DNA of 64,000 nt from assembly GCA_051251855.1 (NCBI GenBank), contig JBPOGI010000001.1:672001-736000 (forward strand), read 5' to 3'. Below the pieces are notes generated by a model. The model was not told where the DNA came from, ran no database searches, and was given only the letters and a program-made list of their open reading frames with translations. Numbering within the stretch: position 1 is the stretch's first letter; each line of letters opens with the position of its first letter. Of the stretch, positions 19,053 through 28,477 are shown in pieces. The DNA is from Roseibacillus sp. (GTDB lineage: Bacteria; Verrucomicrobiota; Verrucomicrobiia; Verrucomicrobiales; Akkermansiaceae). The position numbers and the translations under genes are program-made.

Positions 19053-19430
19053 ATGGCAATTCCACAGAACTTGAAATACACCGAGGAGCACGACTGGGTG
19101 CGCATGGAAGAAGACATCGCTATTGTGGGTGTGACTGATCATGCACAAGAGGAGCTTTCTGATGTTGTCTTCGTCGAACTTCCAGAAATTGGCCGCGTGA
19201 TTGAAGAGAAGGAAGTCTGTGCTGTTGTTGAATCGGTGAAGGCTGCTAGTGATATTTATGCTCCCGTGAGTGGAGAAGTTATTGAGGTCAACACAACCCT
19301 CGAAGAGGAACCGGGCAACATCAACGAAGACCCTTACGGAGTAGGTTGGCTTTTTAAGGTGAAAGTCACCGACATGGAGATTGTGGAGGGCTTGCTTACT
19401 CCTGACGATTACGAAGAGCATCTAGGCTGA
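19053..19430 (+). CDS. gcvH: Glycine cleavage H protein
   Basis: HDWV, VESVKAASDIYAPVSG lipoyl-Lys motif, NEDPYGVGWLFK. Confidence 0.97.
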   Translation: MAIPQNLKYTEEHDWVRMEEDIAIVGVTDHAQEELSDVVFVELPEIGRVIEEKEVCAVVESVKAASDIYAPVSGEVIEVNTTLEEEPGNINEDPYGVGWLFKVKVTDMEIVEGLLTPDDYEEHLG

Positions 19431-19863
19431 TTTTTTGATGGAACCTCGAGAGTGTTGGGGGGCGAATACGAAGTTGTGATTTAAATGCTCGGGGTTGTTA
19501 TTAGCCCGGTGATTTCGCTGAATCCTCGGCGATTCCTCGCTGATAGCATGTGGGGTGGTTGCTTTATTTCGACTTTAGTTCATGGGATGAATCTTTTCTA
19601 AGTCGTGACCTGTCCTTCCCACCTAGGCGTTTTTGAAGGGGAGATTTGGAAAATTACGATCATTAGCGGCTTGAAGGGGGAGTCGCTGGGAGATGGTCCG
19701 ATTGAGGAAGAGTTTCGATTGAGATGATTCCTCGGATGTATTTTGGGATGATGGACGAGCAGGGCAATGCTTCATGGTGAATGCCGCTTGGTTCGTAACC
19801 GCGAAGGGATGGATGCCTGTGCGGAGGATTGATTTCTCAGGCGTTAGCGAGTGAGATGGTGCC

Positions 19864-20364
19864 ATGAACGACGAGAAGTGCCCAGTGGACTGGGAAACGT
19901 GGGAGCCGGGGATGCGAGCGACACTGATGTTTATTCGCGTGGGCGATGAAGTGTTGCTGATTGAGAAACAACGTGGAATTGGAGCTGGAAAGGTCAACGG
20001 GCCGGGGGGCAAGATTGACCCAGGTGAGACTCCGCTGGAGTGCGCCATTCGTGAGACGCAAGAGGAACTCTGTGTGACGGCGACAGGAGTGAAAAAGATG
20101 GGGGAGCTGTTTTTTGCGATGTCGGATATGCCCGATATTCATTGCCACGTTTTTGTGGCTGATGGCTATGAAGGGACCCCTACTTCGACACCAGAAGCGA
20201 TTCCACTGTGGACGCGTGTGGATGAGATTCCTTACGAGCGGATGTGGGATGATGACCGCTATTGGTTGGGCGAAATGTTAGAGGGACAAACGTTTCGAGG
20301 ACGGTTCGTGTTCGACGAAGAGACCATTCTCTGGCGCGAGGTTATTTTCGACGTGGAGTGGTAG
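19864..20364 (+). CDS. NUDIX hydrolase (8-oxo-dGTP diphosphatase-like)
   Basis: GGKIDPGETPLECAIRETQEE Nudix box; MWDDDRYWL. Confidence 0.9.
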   Translation: MNDEKCPVDWETWEPGMRATLMFIRVGDEVLLIEKQRGIGAGKVNGPGGKIDPGETPLECAIRETQEELCVTATGVKKMGELFFAMSDMPDIHCHVFVADGYEGTPTSTPEAIPLWTRVDEIPYERMWDDDRYWLGEMLEGQTFRGRFVFDEETILWREVIFDVEW

Positions 20365-20375
20365 TTCTCTCTTTG

Positions 20376-20417
20376 AAAAAAGAAAAACCCGCCCTGCGAC
20401 AAGCGCAAAAGCGAGTT
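20376..20417 (-). terminator. Terminator downstream of the 6S RNA
   Basis: Minus strand AACTCGCTTTTGCG-CTTGT-CGCAGGGCGGGTT followed by TTTCTTTTTT. Confidence 0.75.
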
Positions 20418-20423
20418 AATCAA

Positions 20424-20598
20424 GCCCTCCATGGCCACTAGGCCGCGATAAGCTGCGTTCCGAAGACTCAACAGGTTGGGGACTCCGGGGACCGCGTCAG
20501 CCCTCCTAAAAAGGCGCGACATTCACATCCCGCGGGGCTGCCCCCATTATTTTAAATATCGGTCCGAGCTCGCTGCCTTAGTAGCGACCACAGGAGAC
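20424..20598 (-). ncRNA. ssrS: 6S RNA
   Basis: ~175 nt; closing stem CUCC-U-GUGGUCGCUA / UAGUGGCCAU-GGAG; CCGATATTT 5' bubble motif as in E. coli 6S; upstream TTGCGC-N16-TACTCT and a downstream terminator. Confidence 0.8.
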
Positions 20599-20860
20599 GT
20601 TGAAAGAGTAGTCGAGTATACGTTTGGCGCAATGGGATTTTGGAGAAAAGGAAGTATGAGTGGGTGGGATCGCGGTTATAATATTGAGGTGGTTTTTGGA
20701 GGCTAGAACGGAAGGTGTTTTCAGTCGGGGAGGGTCACTTGAAGACCATGCTTGGGCGACGGGTAAGACGCGATTTGCCGTTGCTTAATTCTGAACTGTT
20801 TGAATTACCTTTATATTTCAGGTGACTTTATTTTAAATTTAGATAAAGTGATATTGTTCC

Positions 20861-21412
20861 ATGACTCGTGATTCTGAAGAAAGTAGTGAGAAGGCTCGGA
20901 AAAAATGGGTGCCGATGATGACGGTGGTCATCATTGGGCTTCATGGGGTGGTGTTCTTTCTTCTCGCTCAGTGTGGAGTGAGTGGGCCGAGTTATCGAAA
21001 TGAGGTCTCCTATATTCGTCTTCCGAAAGCGAGTGAGCAGAAGGTTTCTTTTGAATTCAAGGAGCCGCCCGAGCGCATGTTCTACCAATTTGCGAGTATG
21101 CCCGTCTGGGATGACGATAAGGAGCCAGTGCCGATGATGGGGGCTCGTTGGCGCGGATACGAGACTTTGGTTGCCTTGAAGGCGGAAGGCTACTCTCCGA
21201 TAGAGAATTACCGGTTGACGATGGAGTTCAAAAGGGAGTTAAGAAAGTTGCCGCTGGCCTTGCCTCGGGCTCGTTTCGTTGATTACCGGCCGTTTCAAAC
21301 AGTGGTGATTGGCGGGGTGCCACTGCAGCCCGTTTCTCCGGTTCCTGAGCCGAGTGCGTTCTTGTTGTTTGGGGTCGCGGTGCTGAGTTTCTCTTTGCGC
21401 AGGGGTCGCTAA
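20861..21412 (+). CDS. PEP-CTERM sorting domain protein
   Basis: C-terminal VPEPSAFLLFGVAVLSFSLRRGR; N-terminal hydrophobic segment. Confidence 0.8.
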   Translation: MTRDSEESSEKARKKWVPMMTVVIIGLHGVVFFLLAQCGVSGPSYRNEVSYIRLPKASEQKVSFEFKEPPERMFYQFASMPVWDDDKEPVPMMGARWRGYETLVALKAEGYSPIENYRLTMEFKRELRKLPLALPRARFVDYRPFQTVVIGGVPLQPVSPVPEPSAFLLFGVAVLSFSLRRGR

Positions 21413-22164
21413 GGGGTGGCAACCGGTTGGATGAGTTTGTCGACGAAGCGGATGCTGACATTGTAGCCTGTGTGCTCTTGTCCGGGTCCGAGCAGAATGG
21501 AGCCCTTCGTATTTCGCCAGAGGTGGGAGGCGAGCATCAGGCCGTTCTCAAGGTCGTCCTGCTTGGGGTAAGAGTTTCCTGAGAGAGGTTTTCCGTAGAG
21601 TTTCTCCAAGGTTGCGACGGTTTCGCTCCAAGTGGAGCGAAGTTTACCGTTGTACTGCGAGCTGTCGACGCCCTTGGTGCGTATTGTGATCTCGTGAAGG
21701 TTGCCGGACTCGTTCCAATCGAAATAGAGGAAGCAAGGAAGGCCCCCCAAGGGGATTGCTGTTTCAAAGATGCCGTTGAGTCCGGTTCTGCCAAAAAGGG
21801 TCTCGTCAACTTTAGTGGTGACTAGGGTGGAGTTTACGAGCTTCTCTTCGACCTCTTCTCGGCTATCACCAAAGTTTAGAGGGCCGAAGGCATCGCCGGC
21901 TGGTTCTGGCTCTCGCTTGGCTCCGCCTAGGGGGTGATTCTGGTTGAGGTGGTTCTTGCTGGCGGTGTGGAGCTCATCGATTTTTACGGTGACCGCGCTG
22001 CCGTTTGTTTTTCTGATGACGACGCTTGTCTCATCCCGTGAGACGAACTCGGCAAGGATAGATCTTTCGCCGTCTTTTGCTTTCCATTCGTAAGGTTCGG
22101 CTCTCAGAGGCGAAAGCGATAGGCAAAGGGTGAGGGCGCTGAGAGTGCTAAGATATATTTTCAC
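21409..22164 (-). CDS. Secreted SHD1-domain protein
   Basis: Signal peptide followed by W.AKDG.RSILAEFV....SVVIRKTNGSAVTVKIDEL, the SLA1-homology-domain pattern. Confidence 0.75.
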   Translation of the reverse strand: MKIYLSTLSALTLCLSLSPLRAEPYEWKAKDGERSILAEFVSRDETSVVIRKTNGSAVTVKIDELHTASKNHLNQNHPLGGAKREPEPAGDAFGPLNFGDSREEVEEKLVNSTLVTTKVDETLFGRTGLNGIFETAIPLGGLPCFLYFDWNESGNLHEITIRTKGVDSSQYNGKLRSTWSETVATLEKLYGKPLSGNSYPKQDDLENGLMLASHLWRNTKGSILLGPGQEHTGYNVSIRFVDKLIQPVATP

Positions 22165-22218
22165 TTAGTTAAAACGTTGTGAGGCGCAAAAATGTTCGCG
22201 AAATTTACGCGAAAATAG

Positions 22219-22253
22219 AAAAAACCCGGAGGTGCGAGACCATCCGGGTTTTT
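22219..22253. terminator. Terminator hairpin, potentially bidirectional
   Basis: AAAAAACCCGGA...TCCGGGTTTTT. Confidence 0.8.
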
Positions 22254-22274
22254 GAAAGAGGGGTGTAAGAGGGA

Positions 22275-22703
22275 CTACCAAGTCTGGGTCCGGGTGTGGC
22301 CAAAGTAGCCTTCGAAGCCGAGCTCAGGTGGAAACTCAGAGAGTCCTTCGCTTGGGTTCATTTCGATGCGCCAATCGGAACCGCACTTAGAATAAGGAGG
22401 TTTGAAGGTGCCTTTGTAGGTAGGGCAGTGAAAAGTGAAGAGTTCGTAGAAGCCGTAACCCATGCGCTTAAACATGCGCTGGGTTCCGTTAACGAGTCCA
22501 TAAGACCAGCCAGCCTTGTGTCCGCCGACATCAGTTTGGCGAGAGATTTGCTCCGGGATTTCCATTACGCCATAGAGGATGTTGGAAATGGCCCGACCAA
22601 GCTTACGGGAAGAGTTATACTGGGCTCCCGGAGGGGCTTGAATGTCGCCATAAGCTACGCCGCCAAGGCATAGGAACGCTGCTGCTAGAATCAATTTTTT
22701 CAT
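22275..22703 (-). CDS. Exosortase system-associated protein (TIGR04073-like)
   Basis: Signal peptide; RKLGRAISNILYGVMEIP...G...R...GFYELFTF; start reassigned to MKKLIL. Confidence 0.75.
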   Translation of the reverse strand: MKKLILAAAFLCLGGVAYGDIQAPPGAQYNSSRKLGRAISNILYGVMEIPEQISRQTDVGGHKAGWSYGLVNGTQRMFKRMGYGFYELFTFHCPTYKGTFKPPYSKCGSDWRIEMNPSEGLSEFPPELGFEGYFGHTRTQTW

Positions 22704-22769
22704 CGCTGGGGTGATTGTGAAGGAGTGTGAAGGAGGTGACAATGAAAAATTGCCCCGTTTGTTTCATAA

Positions 22770-24371
22770 TTATAAACTAACACCGGTGGCGAGCGTCACT
22801 CCTGGAATCGAGCGGACTTGGTCCATGGTGTCGGTTGAGAGAGGATCGTCCACTTCGATGACGGTAAGGGCGTTGCCATCGGTCTTGTTGCGGGCAAGGG
22901 AAAGGTTGGCGATATTAGCCTGAGCGTTGCCAAGCAGGGTGCCTACGGCGCCGACGATACCGGGTCTGTCATCATTGCGCACGATCAAGAAATGACCTTG
23001 GATATTGGTGTCGACGTAGAGTTTGTCAATTTCGACAATACGGGGAGAGCAACCGATGAGGCTGCCAGCGAGTCGGAAACGCTCATCGCCTTTGCGAAGC
23101 TCGATGATGAGGAGTTCGCTGTATTCAGTTTTGGCGTTGATGGTGGATTCGACAAGCTCGAGACCCATTTGGGCGGCGATACCGGGGGCGTTGACGATGT
23201 TCACTTGGCCGTCGCAGCGGGAGGCTTCGAGGAAGGCCATGAGGGCGGTCCGAGAAACGAGCGAAGTGTCCTTTTTGGCCAATGGTCCGTGATAGGAGAC
23301 TCGAAGGGAGTCTGGGTTCGAAGGTCCCAGTTTTGCGATTAGCTTGCCAAGTGAGGTGGAAAGATCGAGATAGGGCCCGATGGCTTCGCGGGCGGCAGCG
23401 TCAAGCGAAGGCATATTAATGGCGTTACGAATCTCACCCGTGGCGAGAAAGTCGCGGACTTGCTCGGCGACCTGGATGCCCACATTTTCCTGAGCTTCGG
23501 CAGTGGAGGCTCCGAGGTGAGGGGTGAAAGCGACGAACTTGTTGAGAGAAAGAAGAGGGTGGTCGGCGGCAGGAGGCTCGCTTTCAAAAACGTCGAGCGC
23601 GCAACCGGCGATGTGTCCGGAGTCGATGGCGGCTTTGAGAGCGGTCTCGTCGATGAGGCCTCCGCGGGCGCAGTTCACTACAAGGGCGCCCTTGTTCATG
23701 AGAGCGAGACGCTCGGCGTTGATGATTCCCTTGGTGCCGTCGTTCAAAGGAACGTGAAGGGTGACCACGTCGGCACCAGTGAGGGCGGCATCGGGAGTGT
23801 CGGCGAGCTCGACTTTGAGCTCGTCAGCGCGGCTCTGAGTCAGGAAGGGGTCAAAGGCGGTTACTTTCATGTTAAAGGCCTGCGCGCGCTTGACGAATTC
23901 GGTGCCGATTCGGCCCATCCCGATGACGGCGAGGCGCTTACCATCCATCTCGATACCTTGGTTCGCTTTTCGGCCTGCTGCGAATTCACCGGCAAGAACG
24001 GAAGCGTGCCCGGGGGCGATGTTGCGGGCAGCAGAGAGCATGAGCGTGAAAGCGTGCTCTGCGGTTGAGATTGTATTGCCGGTGGGCGTGTTCATGACGA
24101 TCACCCCGCTTTGGTTGGCGGCATCCTTGTCAATGTTGTCGACGCCAACTCCAGCTCGGCCGATGACCTTGAGGCTTTTTGCCGCTGCGAGGACTTCAGG
24201 AGTGACCTTCGTCTGGGAGCGAACAACAAGACCCTCGTAGTCGCCAATGATGGCGATCAGTTCTTCGGGAGAGAGTCCGATATTGAAGTCTGCTTCGATA
24301 TCGGGGTGAGCATTGAGCAATTCAACGCCTTTTTCTGAGATAGGGTCGGATACAAGAACTCGGTGAGCCAT
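22770..24371 (-). CDS. serA: D-3-phosphoglycerate dehydrogenase
   Basis: GRAGVGVDNID, GMGRIG, NCARGG, TPHLGAST, C-terminal ACT domain DRPGIVG. Confidence 0.97.
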   Translation of the reverse strand: MAHRVLVSDPISEKGVELLNAHPDIEADFNIGLSPEELIAIIGDYEGLVVRSQTKVTPEVLAAAKSLKVIGRAGVGVDNIDKDAANQSGVIVMNTPTGNTISTAEHAFTLMLSAARNIAPGHASVLAGEFAAGRKANQGIEMDGKRLAVIGMGRIGTEFVKRAQAFNMKVTAFDPFLTQSRADELKVELADTPDAALTGADVVTLHVPLNDGTKGIINAERLALMNKGALVVNCARGGLIDETALKAAIDSGHIAGCALDVFESEPPAADHPLLSLNKFVAFTPHLGASTAEAQENVGIQVAEQVRDFLATGEIRNAINMPSLDAAAREAIGPYLDLSTSLGKLIAKLGPSNPDSLRVSYHGPLAKKDTSLVSRTALMAFLEASRCDGQVNIVNAPGIAAQMGLELVESTINAKTEYSELLIIELRKGDERFRLAGSLIGCSPRIVEIDKLYVDTNIQGHFLIVRNDDRPGIVGAVGTLLGNAQANIANLSLARNKTDGNALTVIEVDDPLSTDTMDQVRSIPGVTLATGVSL

Positions 24372-24512
24372 GCCGAGGCCTTAATCCACTCACGCTTTAA
24401 GCGCAAGAGCGAGATTTGGCTGTCGCGGCCTCTTTTTCCTGAAAAATCATGCCAAGACCATTCTCGCTTTGACGGTCATTGATCTTGACGAAAGTGCACT
24501 CGCCAAGTCCTG

Positions 24513-26873
24513 ATGGCGGGGATGACAGTGGGACTTAATCAAAGCCGAAGCAAACGAGCATGGGGCATGGGGTGGATATGTATGCTTGCAGTGCTTGCGA
24601 TGACCTTTACTCCGAAGGCGTTGGCGCAAGATTTTCTAGAGGAGGCGAACGTTAAGGTTCAGCAAGTTGTCTTCCGATACAACGGACCCAAGTCCGTGGC
24701 CGAGTCTCGCTTGCGGAGCTTCACTACTACGAAGGTAGGCCAAAATTTTGATGCTGGAGTGGTCGATGAGGATGTGAAGCGTCTCTATGAAAGCGGACTG
24801 GTGCAGGACGTTCAGGTTTTGGGCGAAGAAGTGGGTGGTGGCGTGAAAGTAATTTTTGAAGTCACGACACGGGGTGCTTTTGATACCGTGGGGTTCGAGG
24901 GAAACACTGTATTTTCTGATCGTAAACTTGCGAAAGAGGTGAAGCTGACCGCTGGGGAAATTTTGAGTGATACTAAGATCCTCTCGGCTCGCCGGAACAT
25001 TCAGGAATACTACCGCGGATATGGCTATCCCGATGTTACCGTGACTCATCGCCTGCAAGATGAAGGTGATGGAGTCACAGCTCTGATTTTCCTTGTGAAT
25101 GAGGGTGTGAAGAGCGAGGTGCGGAAGATTCTTTTCGAGGGCAATACCGCTTTTGCTGATGTTGAGTTGCGTCGTGAGATGGAGACAAAACAGAAAGGAA
25201 TTTTCTCATTCATCACGAAGTCAGGTCGTATCGACAATCAGCAACTCCAGCGTGATTTAGAGGGCGTTCGTGAATTCTACCAGAATAACGGCTATCTACG
25301 GGCTGAGGTGACGAGCGCTGACCGTGTGCCGGTGCGCGATGGGCGAGTAGACCTCGTGATTAACGTCAATGAGGGAGGTAAGTATAACGTTAATCAGATT
25401 CAATTTGGGCCTATGACTGTCTTCAAACCCGAGGAACTGACGCCGGCGCTGAGTTTGATTTCTGGCGCTCCTTACTCGGCTAAGAAGGTGAACGATGACC
25501 GTCGTGCAATTCGCAGCTACTATGGTTCTCGTGGTTATGCGGATGCAAATGTTTCGGCCGAGGTGAAGGATTCGGGTGCGGGATTGGTCAATGTGGCTTA
25601 TCGCGTCAAGGAAGGGAAACGCTTTAAAGTCGGTCGGGTCAATATCTCAGGTAACGATAAGACGAAGGATCGGGTAATCCGACAGGAAGTCCCGATGAAG
25701 CCAGGAGAATTTTTTAACTCAGTTGAAGTCGAGACAACGCAGAAGCGATTGCAGAACTTGCGTTACTTTCAAGGAGTTCAGGTTACCGGTGATAGTAGTT
25801 CTCGTGCCGGTTATCGTGATCTCAATATTGCGGTGCAAGAGGGGAAGACTGGCGAAGTTAACTTTGGAGCAGGATTCAGTTCGATTGACAGCATTGTGGG
25901 TTATATCAATTTGGAGCAGCGCAACTTTGATATCCGCAACCCATGGCGATTCACGGGTGGTGGACAGCGCTTTTCAGCTCAATTGAAGTTGGGTAGCGAG
26001 CGCCAAGATTTTAAAGTCTCATTAACTGAGCCATGGTTTCTTGGGAGAAGGCTTTCACTGGGGGGAGAGCTTTACTACCAGAACCGCTTTTTCTTAAGTC
26101 CGGAGTATGATCAGCAAAATATCGGGGGAGCAATCTTCCTTCGAAAGGCTGTTGGGCGCCGTTCTTATATTCGCGGTGAGTATCGTTTGGAACAGATTAG
26201 TATCGAGGCTGAAGGCGATACTTCACAGGCCTTCAAAGATGAAGAGGGTGACTATGTGCGCAGCGCGTTGGGACTCTCCTATGTTTACGATAGTCGAGAT
26301 AGCATCGTCATGCCCCGCAAAGGGCACAAGGCGACCCTTGGTTTGACTCTTGGACTGGGTGGGGATGTCGATACCTATACTTTTGAGGCGTCTGGTTCCA
26401 AGCATTGGAGCTTGCCTCTCGACCTGATTTTTAATCTCAGTGGTTCGATTGCGACTGTCGATTCCTACGGTGATGGAGACGTCCCCATCTTCGACCGGCT
26501 CTTCCTTGGTGGGCAGCGTGACTTGCGTGGCTTCGACTATCGTGATTTGGGTCAACGTGATTCCGTCGGTGGCGATGCGACTCAGGAAGCATTGGGAGGA
26601 AAAACTTCTGCTTATGTTTCGACTGAGGTGACTTTCCCCATATTTGAGCGTGTTCGCGGAGCGGCCTTTTTCGATGCTGGTTTTGTCAGTGAAGAATCAT
26701 GGGACTTTGCCCCAGAAGATCTCTACGCTGATGCTGGACTTGGTCTTCGACTTGATATCCCTGGTGTCGGTCCACTGGCACTCGATTACGCTATTCCTGT
26801 TATGGTACCTGATACTGACGACGAGGCGGACCAAGGCGGTCAGTTCAATTTCTACATCAACTACCAATACTAG
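24513..26873 (+). CDS. bamA: Outer membrane protein assembly factor BamA
   Basis: POTRA repeats, GNDKTKDRVIRQE, LRGF motif, C-terminal FNFYINYQY; exact start uncertain. Confidence 0.95.
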   Translation: MAGMTVGLNQSRSKRAWGMGWICMLAVLAMTFTPKALAQDFLEEANVKVQQVVFRYNGPKSVAESRLRSFTTTKVGQNFDAGVVDEDVKRLYESGLVQDVQVLGEEVGGGVKVIFEVTTRGAFDTVGFEGNTVFSDRKLAKEVKLTAGEILSDTKILSARRNIQEYYRGYGYPDVTVTHRLQDEGDGVTALIFLVNEGVKSEVRKILFEGNTAFADVELRREMETKQKGIFSFITKSGRIDNQQLQRDLEGVREFYQNNGYLRAEVTSADRVPVRDGRVDLVINVNEGGKYNVNQIQFGPMTVFKPEELTPALSLISGAPYSAKKVNDDRRAIRSYYGSRGYADANVSAEVKDSGAGLVNVAYRVKEGKRFKVGRVNISGNDKTKDRVIRQEVPMKPGEFFNSVEVETTQKRLQNLRYFQGVQVTGDSSSRAGYRDLNIAVQEGKTGEVNFGAGFSSIDSIVGYINLEQRNFDIRNPWRFTGGGQRFSAQLKLGSERQDFKVSLTEPWFLGRRLSLGGELYYQNRFFLSPEYDQQNIGGAIFLRKAVGRRSYIRGEYRLEQISIEAEGDTSQAFKDEEGDYVRSALGLSYVYDSRDSIVMPRKGHKATLGLTLGLGGDVDTYTFEASGSKHWSLPLDLIFNLSGSIATVDSYGDGDVPIFDRLFLGGQRDLRGFDYRDLGQRDSVGGDATQEALGGKTSAYVSTEVTFPIFERVRGAAFFDAGFVSEESWDFAPEDLYADAGLGLRLDIPGVGPLALDYAIPVMVPDTDDEADQGGQFNFYINYQY

Positions 26874-26998
26874 GTTTCTCGAATCAGTTCGGCTGAACTC
26901 CTTTGTATGAAGGGGGCTCTTTCGTTCATTAACTCTCCACACCCTTTCTCGACAAAAGAACGAAGTTGGAACTTCGCTCATGTCACTCAAACTTTGGT

Positions 26999-27451
26999 AT
27001 GAAATTGGCTCAGCTTCTCACCGAGCAGCGGATTTTCTTAGATCTGAATGCTAAGAACTGCAGGGAATTAATGGAAGAGTTGGTCAGTCATTTTACGGAG
27101 CAAGGTTTGCTTCAAAATGGGATGCGCGAACAAGCTGTGGCTGCTTTGAAATGTCGCGAAGACGAGATTAGTACCGGTGTGGGTTGTGGAGTTGCGATTC
27201 CACATGCGTATCTCGAAGATTTGACGGAGGCGGTGGCCATCTTTGGGCGGTCTGAGGCGGGAATTGAATTTGATTCCTGTGACCATGCGCCGGTTCATTT
27301 CGTGGTGATGATGCTCATTCCAGAGTCCAAGCGAGGGCAGCACCTTTTGACCTTGGCCGATATTGGTAAGCGTTTTCTCAGCTGTGAGGTGCGACAGTCA
27401 CTTGCTGCCGCGCCAGACAAGGAGACAGTGCTGGAGATTCTTACACGGTAG
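26999..27451 (+). CDS. PTS EIIA component (PtsN/fructose-type)
   Basis: REDEISTGVGCGVAIPHA phospho-His motif; GIEFDSCD..PVH. Confidence 0.9.
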   Translation: MKLAQLLTEQRIFLDLNAKNCRELMEELVSHFTEQGLLQNGMREQAVAALKCREDEISTGVGCGVAIPHAYLEDLTEAVAIFGRSEAGIEFDSCDHAPVHFVVMMLIPESKRGQHLLTLADIGKRFLSCEVRQSLAAAPDKETVLEILTR

Positions 27452-27462
27452 TTTTCTCTCAG

Positions 27463-27660
27463 TCAGCGTTTTGCTATTTTTTCCAGCAGCTCGAGAATTT
27501 TTCCCATCCAGCCGACGATGATGGTACATCCTGTAAGTTGGAGGCTTCTCGTAAGCTCCTCATCAAACAAGGCGTAGATTGCCCAAGCCCCGAGAAGGAG
27601 GGCTAAAGTATACAAGGCTGAGACGAAATAGCTGACATTTCGGTTGTTGCTTACTGACAC
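27463..27660 (-). CDS. Small two-TM membrane protein
   Basis: 65-aa ORF with two hydrophobic helices filling the gap. Confidence 0.55.
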   Translation of the reverse strand: MSVSNNRNVSYFVSALYTLALLLGAWAIYALFDEELTRSLQLTGCTIIVGWMGKILELLEKIAKR

Positions 27661-27734
27661 CCTTGAAGATTAGGAGAAGTGGAGAAGAATACAATTTTAC
27701 TTGTCGCTTTACTGAATTCGGATGGGAATAGGCC

Positions 27735-28412
27735 ATGGCGACTGCTGGAGATCTTGACTATAATCGTGCCTTGGATGCCTTGGAGGCAGGGGACTTAAAC
27801 GGAGCTCTTGTAGCAGTGGAATCGGCTTTGATGTTTGACTCCAAGGATGGCGGTTATTGGCAACTTTACTCGGTTCTCTTGGCACAGGCGGGGAGAAGTG
27901 ACGATGCGGCAAAGGCAAAAGTGAAGGCGGAAGAATTTGGTTTGGATGAGGTGGATTCTCTTTTGATGAAGGCAGCCGAAGCAGCGGCTTCTCAGAGTTG
28001 GAATAAGGCGGTGACTGCATGCGAAAAGGCGCTCGAGATGGCACCTGAACGAGGTGAAGTTTGGGCAAGCTACGCAGCCAACCTCATGGAGGGAGGCTAT
28101 CAGAAGGATGCTTTGGAGGCCTCGGAGAAGGCTGCTACACTGGTCGCTGATGAGCCTCAGGTCTGGTATTTACGAGGCCGTGTTCTTCGTCTTAATGAAA
28201 AGCTAGAGGAAGCTGTTCCCGCCTACCTGAAAGCGGTGGAATTGGATTCGGGCTTTGCGTTGGCGTGGTATGAAAAGGGGATGGTGCATCACCAAATGGA
28301 GGATTTTGAGGCGGCAAAGGAATGTTTTTTGAAAGCCAAGGAGCTGAAGCTTGATGACCCTGGGGTTGAGGAGGCATTGCGTATTGTTTCCGAATCTAAA
28401 AAGGAAAAGTGA
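27735..28412 (+). CDS. Tetratricopeptide repeat protein
   Basis: Repeated W...G.......EEA...Y.KA.EL.P-like TPR units. Confidence 0.88.
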   Translation: MATAGDLDYNRALDALEAGDLNGALVAVESALMFDSKDGGYWQLYSVLLAQAGRSDDAAKAKVKAEEFGLDEVDSLLMKAAEAAASQSWNKAVTACEKALEMAPERGEVWASYAANLMEGGYQKDALEASEKAATLVADEPQVWYLRGRVLRLNEKLEEAVPAYLKAVELDSGFALAWYEKGMVHHQMEDFEAAKECFLKAKELKLDDPGVEEALRIVSESKKEK

Positions 28413-28477
28413 CCTAAAAGGGGAGGGATTTGGAACGAGCTTTCGAGGTAGAGTTTCTGTGGTTTTGCTGTTTTACC

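Noticed and set aside
20376..20632. tmRNA, tRNA or RNase P RNA, and the short ORFs overlapping this region
   Set aside because: No tRNA-like acceptor/T-arm ends or RNase P signature; size and end-pairing fit 6S RNA
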